36,978 bases of DNA. Origin: Candidatus Omnitrophota bacterium (GTDB taxonomy: Bacteria > Omnitrophota > Gorgyraeia > JAHJTE01). Positions 8,801-20,800 of this stretch are shown piece by piece. The stretch is from positions 265,674-302,651 of the forward strand of contig JAHJTE010000003.1 in assembly GCA_018830005.1 (NCBI GenBank), read 5' to 3'. The notes below the pieces were generated by a model. The model saw only the letters and a program-made list of their open reading frames with translations. It was not told the DNA's origin and made no database searches. A program made the position numbers and the translations under genes. Every line of letters starts with the position of its first letter. Positions within the stretch are counted from its first letter, which is position 1.

Positions 8801-11800
8801 CCAAAAAAGTTAATCAATCTAGCACATGTCTCTTTAAACTCTTCTTCAGTCATCTCTGAATAAACCCATCTGAATGTATAAGCACTCATAAAGTAATCCA
8901 AAGAGCCTTGCTGTGGTAAATATATTTCTGTATCATTCCCACTCCTATACAACCCCAACCCTGCATCATGCAGCATCATCCTTATTCTCTTACCCACCGG
9001 TGACTCTCCCACCGGCTCTTGGTAGTAGAATACGTGGCCGTCGGTGGAGCCGGGAATATCGCCGTCACGAGAATCAAGAAGTGAGTCTTCATAAGTCTTA
9101 ATTATCTCTAACTGTCGCGAGAGGAGCCAATGCTCGCAGATATCGTATTTATCAGTATCCATTAGCCTTAGATCTCTGATTTCTGTCTCAATCCTTGCCT
9201 TTAGCTGACTTAAGGCATTTGGCGTCTTTCGTCTTCTTCCTCTTGGGGTGAAAACTTCCTTTTCAAGCAACTCTCCTACAATCTTGCGTTCATCGCTATT
9301 AAGTTTCCTGCACGCTAATGCTCTATGATTAAGCTTCCTGCGAGAAATTTTACCATCGCTATTTGTTAAAAATAAAAAACCGGTTACATTATTGTCTCCT
9401 TGAGTATACACTCCCAATAAACCCCAATTCAATCCAGCAGCCCTTGCTTGAATCTTTATCATTTGACCGTCAAGTTTATATGATATAGACAAATAGGACG
9501 TTATTGTAGATTTGCTGAATAATCTTACAAGGCAAGCCCCAATTCTTTGGTGGGAAGTAGCCTTTCTTTCGATATAACCTTCGGGAAGCTTACTTGTAAA
9601 TCTGGAATTAAACCAATCATTCAATTGTTCCTCGGTACTTAATCGCTTCTTCAGCTCAAGTATTGTCTCACCAGGTTGCATTTTCTCTATACTTTTAACT
9701 TTTCCATTTTCTAATTCCACAAATTCTCTTCCTATTGGTACTTCACTTTCGTTAAAAACAACAATAACGCAATAATTATCTCCTCTCTCATCAATCCCAG
9801 TGTAGCCTTTTCTATTAGCATATTTTTTGTAACCACTTAGAGCGTTCATCGTTGGAATAATATAGATAGCTCCATTCTTATCAATCCAGATAGGCAGCCA
9901 TTGCGGAACCCTGCCTTTGACATTTGAAGCAACAAAAGCCTGCCAGTCTTTTCTTGCCTTTTTAACATTCTTATTATCTTCTTTTTCTATTTCAAGAATT
10001 TTCTTTGCTTCTCCTACGTCGAATTCTCTCTTCAGTAAATACTCTCTTGCCTTCTTAATCCAATTTCCGATAGTTAGATCTGAGTATTTTTCTCCATCCT
10101 GATTTCTTATACCCATATCATAAAGTATGTATGTGATCTCCTCTTTTGTGTGAGGATTTCCATCTTCTAAACCACAAAAGAAACTAAAGGCCAAAGCCTT
10201 ATTCGGCTCTATAAGAGCATAATCACCTAAATATTCTATTAATCTAGCTCCTCTTTCAGTCACATCCTGATCCCCATCTTCCTTAGCTTCCTTTAATTTA
10301 TATGCCTCTAGAGAAATTTCGCTTAAGAACATCTCTCCAGCTAGTAGCTCTCCTCCCTCAACTCGTCTCTCATCATCAAGACTTACTTTATCCCGCTCTA
10401 TACTCTTACCAATAAACGCAGTATATATGCCGTCTTTAATCATAGGGGCTAGAAATGTGCTTAATTTTGTATCCTGGGTGAAGTCATACCTTTTCTTGCC
10501 CTTTAAAATTTCTGTCAGGCAACAAATTCCTGCAACAAGTAATTCCTCTTCATCATAGAGGCCTAAAAGAAACCCAATTCTGGGGGTTGAATGAATTATA
10601 TTCTGAATAAGCCCTTTATTTTCCTCCACAAATTGCACTAAAGCCTCCTGGTTGCCGATTTCGATTTCTCTATACAAACGTCTCCTTCTCTGTTCTCCTG
10701 GCTCTATATATCTCAGAAGTAGCTCTCCTGCATCTCTGACTCTTAAAGGAGATTGGTTAAGTAACCAAACAAAAGCATTCTCTGCTTTCTCTACTTTATA
10801 CTTGCCTGCCAACTCTCTAAAAACATCTTTCAGCGTGCTTACATAATGGCGTCTCTTCTTGCTAGGCAACTTGCTTTGCCTGATAATCTTCTCTAAAGTC
10901 CTAAATAGATAAGAGTATTTTGCTCCTCGGCTCATCTCTGGAGTTTGATCCTGCTCTCCTTCAACATCAATCTCATAGTTCAAAACCCAGTCAATATATC
11001 TATCTATAGCTCTTACCAGCGCCTCCAGATCGCCCCTTCTAAGCCACTCTTGCAGCATCCCTCCTGATACCCCGCCGTTTTTGGAGGCAATCGCTGCCTT
11101 TCCTTCTTTCATATTTTTCCTATACTCTTCAATAATCTCCTCCTGTGAATCAGGAATACCTAAATCGCTCAAGAAACTTTCGTCTAATTCCTCAGATCTT
11201 TTTTCGTAATACAACTGAATAAATCTCTCAGTCAAATATAGTCTGCGCGCTGGACTCTTTAATATTTCATACATAATGTCATCAGGATGAGGGCATTGTT
11301 TGGCGATAGCAATAAAATCTGGCTCTATCTCTAATGTTAGCTGATAGAGTAAATAAGGCTCGAATGCCAGAAAATAAATCAAAGGATCATTTTTTGAAAT
11401 ATCAATGATAGTGGTAATATCTTCATCGTAAACATTTCCAAAACAAGGAATTGCCGTGCAGTAATAATATACATTTCCGTCACAATTTACAGTCACTGTC
11501 TGTGGTAAATAACAATAATCTACGTCTTGTCCATAATAATCTGTTCTTTTTCCATTAATAAAATTTTCTGTTGTGCCATAATCCCCGAGATAACATTCCT
11601 CATTTAAAAGTTCAGCGAATCCTAACCTGCTAACAAAATCTACACCTACAATAAATCTATACTCTCTACGATTTTTAATTAGGGTCCAGTAGATAGTTCT
11701 AACTACTTTCTGTTTTTTTCCATTTCGGCCTCTTATAGATATCTTCTCTTCTACTTTAGTTTTAACAGCAAAACCTCTCCTTTTTAATTCAGACTTCAAA

Positions 11801-14800
11801 ACACCTAGGCGTTTATGAACATCAGGTTCATGAAGAGAACGTATTACTAAAGAAATTTCTGGAAAATCTTCTGCAATTACTTGAACTAAATTGGCAATAT
11901 TAGAAATAGGTATTGTTCTCTGATGAAAGCTATCTAAGGAGGTATTTAAAATAAAGTAATAATCTGAAGTGGCATCTGTTTTAGCTTTTATAATTTTATA
12001 TACTTCGGATAAACTATCCCTTGCAGACCCTGGTGTACTCGCAAACTTAGCATTTGTTTGTAAGATATTGGGTTTTCTGCTATTTTCTAACAAAAATAAA
12101 ACATCCTCTTTAGCGAATGATAAAGGCTCTCCACCGCCAATACATATCTCTTTGAACCTGGGATCATTTTCTGCAAATTCCAATAAGTCTCTATACATCT
12201 TCTCTTTTTGCTTCCAATTTAATTTTCTCTGTGGTTTGCAATAAACAAACAGGCAATGAGGACACCAGGTATTACATTCTCTAGTAACCTGAAATGTAAA
12301 CATGTGCTTTAGAAATGCCAAAGGGCCTACTAAATCAACTTTGGCGGAAAACCTTTTTACAACTTCTCTTCTTTCTAAATCTACGCCTTTGCCAGTGAGG
12401 CAGTAAAAATACTTTTCTCTCCTCATTAATGCCTTTAATCTTCTTGGGTAATCATTACTACCATCCTCAGTATTCTCATTATCTGCACTATACCCCGGCC
12501 AGTGCGCCTTACGAATTGGACCAAAGAAGATATCGGTTGTAGTGGGTGTTTCTTGAGAGTGGTGATGTCTTTTATTTTGTGGGTCTTCTGCATCTTCTTC
12601 GTCATTATCTTTTTCGGAATAAACTAATTTCGCATCTGTAGCCATTAAGATATGTCCATTAAATATATTGCAATCGTAATGGCCTTTTTCATCAAAGATA
12701 TATTTAATACTTTCGGGAATTTCAATTGACTTCTCAAACGTCCTGGTACTGATGAAGGTACCATTAACATAAACAAAGCTATCATCTTCTGCAAAAACAA
12801 CACACATAAGCTCTCTGTCCTCCATATTTCTTTCATTCATGTAATAAAGAAGTGTCCAGAGAAGCAGTGCCTTATCTCTGTGACTTCCAGTTACAAAGGC
12901 CAAGACCTCATCCGGCAACATAATCCTATCAAGGCTGCCAAATACAGACTTAAATCCTTGGATATTTCTGACAAATCTTATCGCATCATCTAAGCTGTAC
13001 ATAAATCTCGCATTATCTTTTGTGTGTGTTTCTTCTAAGGCCTTGGCTGCGTAAACTTCAGGGTATTTAACCTTAAGGCTTCTAAATGCATACAATGCAG
13101 CTTCATACTCAAAATATTCTTCGGCAAGATTAAATGCGTATTTTTGCAAAGTTTCTGCTGAATCAAAATCTTGAATATTGATTGGTGCGCCTCTTCTATC
13201 AATAAATCTTATCCCAGACAAATCTGGTATATTAAATTCTGCTCCAAAGAATTCGCTTAATCTTTTATAAAACTTAACTACTGTATCTTTGGACATAGTT
13301 GAAATGCCTAATACAGAATTAAAAATGCCGCTAAAGGAAACGAAACTGTCAGTACATGGAGCTGCAAATTCTCTATACCAATCTATATTCTCGCTTAATT
13401 CTTTAAACTTCTTCTTAGAATACCAATATAAATTAGAAAATACGTATCCTTCATCTATATCTATGAAGACCGCAAAATGTATTTGTGTGCCAAATATAAA
13501 TATTTTTTCAAATGGAACCTGAGTAAATATCGATATTAATGATAAAAATGCTGCATCTAATGTGGCAAATGATGCACATTTACCTTCTGCCTTATTATCA
13601 TGCCGTATCCTTCTATAAGCATGCATTAATTCAATAATTTCATTCTTCATGCGTGCCCTATAGCCCTGCCTATAGGCTGTTGTTGTACTGAATCCTCCGT
13701 AGCCTCCTTCATCAACAGAGAAAAACTGGTCTAATCTATCTATGATTTGCCCCACTACTTCATCACCTAAAGCGGCCTTTTTAAAATCAATAGTAGTCCA
13801 ACCCCACCTACATCCTTCAGGCCGGTCAGATGTTGAGAAAGTATTTACATAATAATGTTTTAAATGTCCTTCTAGACTTCTTAATGATTGCGCTGTACTC
13901 CTGCCTTTAGTCTTTCTTTTTATTATCTTCCAGGCCAGAGGCGACATCATATTAGCTAGCCAAGCTGAAAGCAATAGCTCAGGATGTGCAGCAATCTCAA
14001 AATAATCCCATGTAACTGCCCAAGATAATCTTTGCTTATAGATATCTGACATTAATACTTCTCCTAAACGCAGAATCTCATGTGATTCATATTCAAAAAA
14101 CAACTCAAATATCAAATGTCTATCCTGAACATTGTAATCCTCCAAAAGAATCTCAAAGGCCTTTTTTAGTATAGGCAATAATACTGGTTTGCTATCAATT
14201 ATTGATACTAAACTTGAAACTAAACATGGAAAATCCAACTCAATGATTCCAAACTTGCATTCCCTAATCTGCTGTAAATGGTATTCAAGATACGCCTTCA
14301 TAATCCTTGCCAACTCATTAGCATTTCCCTGCTTCGCCAACCTGTATAGCATCCCTCCTGACACCCCACCGTTTTGAGGAGAATTACCGCAGACTTGCTC
14401 AGAAAGTAATCTTTTCTTCAATTCTAAAGCTAGTTTATCTTTAATAGCTCCTCTAGTGGCATTCTCTTTTTTTATTTTCTTAATTGCTAACTGCAGCTCT
14501 TTTCTAAAAATAGCGACTTTTTTATTGTCTCCTCTAATCTTATCCGCTAGGGCACCTAAAGTATTTCCTTCTTTAAGAATATTAAACAATTCCTCATTTG
14601 AAAGAGTTAACCCTTTTTCTAAAATTATATCTTCTTCCCAAGACCACTGACCTCTCTTTTTAATCTCTCGTATCAAGATTTCATCTACTTCTAAAATAAT
14701 TATCCACTTTAAAAGAGTATCATAGTAAGGATGTAATTCTGAATCTCTCTTTCTTATCATCCCCTTGTTTACCTTTGTAATCTCAGAATCCTCAAGGTCT

Positions 14801-17800
14801 TTGCTAGATAGCTTGCCTTTATAAACATGCCCGGTATTCCCATCTAGAATTAACCAACTTCCTATCTTTACCTCTGCATTTGTTCTAGAAAATTTAACTG
14901 TGTTACTATGTATTTGTAAATTGATCCGTGTAAGATGAGGAATAATTTTTTGTGCACCACGCATTCGCACAACAATGTAGTCTGCAAATCCGCCTCCATA
15001 TGAAATTGCTCCTGAGATACGTCTTTCTATTGCCTCAGGAGTAATAGTTTGTAATCTCTCAAATTCCATAACATTAAATATTACAGCTATGCCTTTACGG
15101 CCTTTTGGATTAGTACAATCAGTAATAATCGGTCCGCTAACAATACCAGGCAAGACTATAATTCCGCTGGCTATTGGTTTTCTTTCAAGGTCTTTTCGCA
15201 GAACAGGAGATTCTAGATATGTTTTTGTCCACCATAGGTGTTCAAGACGCACTGAGGAGGGTACATCAAAATTAGAACAATCTTCATACTCTTCCTCTCT
15301 AAACCTACCTAAAGCATCCTCTTCGGATATAAGGCCTTCTTTCACAAAGTCCAATAAAATCCTTACCCTTGCAAGCGGGGTAGAAAATTTCTCGTTTCCT
15401 CTTGTTTGCAATATAAACAGTTTTCCATTTTGAATAGTAAATTCTATATCCTGAATCTCATAAAAATGCTTTTCAAGCAACAAGGCAAATTCCTCTAATT
15501 CAAGATATTGTTGAGGTAAATACTTTTGCAAAGCATCAAGTCCCTCTGGTCTATCCCATTTACATAATATGTTATCTACTATTTTTAACCTGCCTACGAC
15601 CTCTGAACCTTCTGCATTAAACTTAAAACTTCCGTAAATTCCTTTTTCTCCGTTTAGAGGATTCCTTGTAAAAATTACCCCACTGCCCGACTTTTCATCT
15701 CCTATATTACCAAAAACATAGGCCTGGATATTACATGCAGCGCCACAAACAAAATAAGAGGATTGTATAACCGACTTTACCGCTAGCATAAGCTGTCTTT
15801 TGGGGGTAGGGAATTTCTTACCTGTCTTTTGCTCAAAAAGTCTCTCTGCTTTTAAAACCATCTCTTTAAGCTTATCTAGAGAAATAAGTTTGGGTAGTAT
15901 GTCATACCTATCCATATAATAATTTTCCCGTAGCGAAGGTATCTCATCCACAATCTTATTTACCCCCTCATCAAACCCAGCATCATCTTGGCTGACACAT
16001 TCTGCAATATAAGACATAAAATATAACAAAAAGTCTAAATACGCCCTATGCATATCACCTATTTCTCTTCCGTAAGCATCCAATGTTATTCTGTGTAACC
16101 CTATCTTTGTATACGTTTTATATCTACCTGGCTCGCTTTCTTCGGCACCACTTCTAACAGAAAGGAAAAGCGGATTCTTCAAATCCCCAAATTTCTTTAC
16201 ATGCCCAAAAACCTTTTTCGTTCGCCTTTCTATTTCTGAAACACCTTGAAATATCAATTCACTCACTCCTTTTGGTAAGCTATTTCTATTTTCATCGTAT
16301 CTTCTGACAATCTTATTTGGTATGGTAAATCCCGGTGGCACTGGCAAATCTAATCTTGCCATTTCTGCCAAGTTTGCACCCTTTCCTCCCAAGGCTGATC
16401 TCATGCTTGCCCTACCACATGCTTTACCCCCGCCAAAATAATATAGGGCTCCTGAAGTCTTTTTTCTACTGGATTCTCGCCGCAAATGCGCCACACGGAC
16501 TGGACCAAAGAACATATCAGCTGCAGTAGGTGCTTCTGGGAAGTGATGATGTCTTTTAATTTGAGGACTTTCTACATCTTCATGTGTTGATCTAGCAAGA
16601 TGGGAGTTATTGGAAATAAGTCCAAGCTTACGTGTAATACTCTTATAATTACGGCTAATATTACTAGGAGAACAGTTAAACTGCCTGGCTATCTCTTCTT
16701 GATTCATATTGATTATCCCTGACCTGTGTAAGGCAGCTAGGATAAACATCTGTTTATTCCTTTCAGAGGCATTTATAGGCTTTAATAGTTCTTTTAGCCT
16801 TGTTTCTGCTTCTTGTTGGGTTAATTCAGGTAGTTGTTCTTCTGGGATTAGTTTATCTAATAAAGTCTGTGGCCTTCTTCCACGTTCATCTTTCTCGTTT
16901 AGGGATCTATCTAAAGAACTAGTATTTTCTCGCTTTTCCCTCCTTAGCTCAGATCTTGCCTTATCATCTATAGAGCCCATGAATCTTTTATAGGCATAGG
17001 CACCAATTGTCTTATCCCATTTCTCTGGATCAAAGCGTGCCACAATACCCGGGATAGCCTTAAGGCAGGCAGAGAGACGCTGATCAGAATCTAGGTTGAA
17101 GTATTTTAATCTATACTCTTTGGATATTTTCTTTGCAAGCCATTCCAGAGAATACATAAGTGCCTGGTAAGCTGCTAGGTTTCCTTTCTGAACCTCTTTG
17201 GCTAATTTAACCTGTTGTTCTAGACTCATATCTTCGCTTTTTACCTTTGTCTTTCCATTTAAAATATCCTTGACTACCTTAGGATTATCATAATGCTGTG
17301 TGAATTTCTGATATACACAGCTTTCACAACACGGCTTCATGCCTTGGCTCTTAACGAAATCAAGCCAGCTGCCGTAGATTCTACGGACTGCCTCTACCAT
17401 GCCGCCATAACCAGCCTCTTGCCATTGACTGCTGCTTCTTACGTCTTTGATCTCTGTAGGGGGATTCCTAAAGGCCTCAGAGAGGGTTTGTTCGGTCCAT
17501 TTGGGAATACGGCCTTTTTTCTCAATCGGCTGTATGTCTTGGCTCTTAACGAAATCAAGCCAGCTGCCGTAGATTCTAAAGGTCACCTTTACCATGCCCC
17601 TATAACCAGCCTCTTGCCATTGACTGCTGCTTCTTACGTCTTTGATCTCTGTAGGGGGATTCCTAAAGGCCTCAGAGAGGGTTTGTTCGGTCCATTCCTT
17701 TCGCTCAATTGGCTTTATACCTTGACTTTCAAGGAACTTATGCCAGCTGCCGTAGATTCTAATAGCTACCTTTATTATGCCCCTATAACCAGCATCTTCC

Positions 17801-20800
17801 CATTGACTGCTGCTTCTTACGTCTTTGATCTCTGTAGGGGGATTCCTAAAGGCTTCAGAGAGGATTTGTCTGGTCCATTTGACAGGAGGGCCTTTTCTTT
17901 TATTTTCTGAAGATCTTTCTTCTTTCCGATAATGCGCCTTACGAATTGAACCAAAGAACATATCAGCTGTACTAGGATCTTCTGGAAAGTACTGGCGACT
18001 ATTTCCTTTTACTTTGCCGGATGTTTTCTTCGGGCCGACTGATAAAGAATTATTATTTTTAGAATTCTGTATAAAGTAATTTAATAAGGCACGCCACCGC
18101 TCTATATCTAATCTACCTACCAAAGATCTAGGTAATGGTTTTTTCGCGTAATGACTGATCACGCACTTGCTAACTTGGGAATATTGAATACAAACTGAGG
18201 ACTTCTCTAGGTTAAAATGTACACCGATTTCCCTGTAGCTCACTTCTTTTCCACAGAGTCGTCCCATAATACGAATTTTGAAGATTAATCTGTCTCTACC
18301 AGGATTCCCGCCACGTATTTTTACGGGTCTTAATAATTCATCTAAAATATATTCAAGTTCTTCCTCACACATAGCAAGAGAAGGTTGTTCTAGGCTTTCG
18401 TCTAAAGGACTCTCTCTTCTTCTGGAAGCCTTCCTCCATAAATCAATTCTTATCTGTCCAAATTTTTTATAAGCAAGGCTCTTAAGATTTGAGCCGTTAG
18501 GTCTATCAGGATTGTAATTCGTAATTATTTTTGGAATTGCTTTATCAAAAGCTCCAAGAATATCCTTACAGCTAAATGTCCATTGCCACTTATATGCTAA
18601 TGTTTCTGCGTAGAAGTAAAGCAATTGCCTTAAGGCATCTTGCGCTTGTCCATCGCCCTCATGAGCTGCTCTAGCCAGGGCATTCTGCTCTTCTAGTTTT
18701 AATTTATGAATCGTTATCTTACTGCCTGGTTTAAGGATAGCCTCTGCCAGACGGGCTGCTTGTTTTCTAGAACGTCTTCTTTCCCTTTCCTCTTCTTTCC
18801 AAACTGACAAGACTTGTTCTGCCAGCCTTTCTGACCGATGCTTATTTTCTTTCTTGCCTTTTAAGTTATCTAATTCATGCTTTAGTATTTCCTTTAAAAG
18901 CCCTACTCTCTTAAATTTAACAAGAAGCAATATCAAGGTAAGGGGTATATAAATACCACTTTTGACCTTGCCCTTTGACTTTTTAATTGTTACTGCTGCT
19001 AAAAATATCTTTAATGACTTATACCATACAGATGGCATCTCTCTAGGGTCTTTTTTAGGATCAGGGAGCACGATAAATACTCCTCTTTTCTCCAACGCCT
19101 TTAGAATCTCTTGATAAGGCTCTATTTGAACGAAAAAGTTGCTGTAGAGATTGCGCACGCCAACTACACGCCCATCATCCCAGGCTGTTTCTAGCTCCTC
19201 ATAAGTCCTGTCTTCATACTCCTTATACATCTGGCCGTCTGCTTTAAGCACACCCATGCCGCAGGGTCGGGGGACTGAATGGCCATTGGAAGCTTTATAA
19301 ATTTTGATTATTTCTAATTGTCTCAATAAGAGCCAATGTTGGCAGATATCATATCCATTGCCTATGCTTTGTCTTAAATCGCCAACTTCCCCTTCAATCG
19401 TTGATTGCAATTTTTCTAAGGCCTTTATACCTTTGCTTCTCCTTCCCCTTACAGCTAAAACTTCATCCTCAAATAAAGCAAGTATATTATTCCGTTCTTC
19501 CTTATTAAGCCTACTAAGAATTAACAAGTTATTATTAAGTTTATTATGAATAAGTCCTCCTTTATTATTGTCTTTCCGGATTATGCCCCCCACGACTACC
19601 ACATCTCTTAGAGTAGCCACTCTCCATAAGTGCCAATTAAAACCACTTCCCTTTACCTCTACCTTGAGTTCTTGGCCTATTAATTCAGGGGGTAGCGAAA
19701 TATGTACCGAACTATTATTTGGAACTGGCACTGCTATGCCGGCACCTCTTCGGCGGCCACCACTATAAACAATCCTTACCAGTGCCTCTTCCGGAGGTTT
19801 CCTTTCAAAAGGCAATTGCATCCAATTAGCCCACTTATCCCTCACTCTCAACCTTTCTTTAAAATCAGCTATTCTCTGGCTGATTTGCATATCTAAACAT
19901 TTAATAACCTTACCTTTTTTGACTTCAACATAATGCCTACCTATGGACGTGCCTCTACCATTAAAAACATTAACAGCACAACATCCTTCGCTAATATCAT
20001 TTTTATCAATATCCACAAACACCTCTGCACCAGCATGTTCTTTATAATCAGTTATTTGCAGGTTTTTAGATATCCAAATGTATCCTGCTACGCCAACTAA
20101 GATATATAGCCCCAACGGCGGATCTCCCTTCATGTTAGACTTAAAATAGCTATCCCATTCCCGCGCTATTTCTTTCTTGTTATCTCGCCGCTTTTTATCT
20201 TTTTCGATAGTCTTCTTTGCTTGTGCATTGCCGCATAATTTGATAAGCAGCTTTTCTTTCACAAAGTTAAACCACAACCTGATAGTCTCTCCTGTAAATT
20301 GATCTCCATTTTCTCCTTTTACGCCTAATCCAAAAAGGTAAGCAGCGATTTCCCCGTATGAATAAACTACATCGTCTTCTAAGCCAAGTTTCATGTTAAA
20401 GGCCATAACACGATAAGGAAATTCAATAGATAAATCTGCTAAACATTCTCTTGCCTTGGCTACAATTGAATCATTTCCTCTATCTAGCATACTTTCTAAT
20501 TGGTTATGTCGGGCTAGCGAAGCTCTTTCTACTTCAAACTTAGACAACGAACAAAAAGCTCTTGATTGCCACCGGTCTGTTTTCTTAAAGCTCGCCTCAG
20601 CATTAAAGTCTAGAGAATATTGCTCCTTTAATCCGTTCAAAATCAAACCTCGTAAAGCTGGAACAGCATATGAGCTAAAATTAAAACCGGCATCAAAAGC
20701 ATATCTTTCATCTGTTATTATGTATTGCAAAAAATATCTCCCCATCTGAAGTATATCTTCCATAGTAGTAAACTTTAGAAACGCTTTAATGGCAGGAGAC

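Noticed and set aside
11056-14361. AGGAGG-G-ATG inside both GGML linkers as internal translation starts
   Set aside because: The SD-like hexamer is only 1 nt from the ATG, too close for normal initiation. A pausing role cannot be excluded but is unsupported.
14700-16455. Annotation as a functional ppdK gene
   Set aside because: In-frame part of the giant ORF, lacking the phospho-His and the PEP/pyruvate domain.
17332-17877. CRISPR-like array
   Set aside because: Units are 183-195 nt, in frame and similar along their whole length, with no unique spacers and no cas genes.
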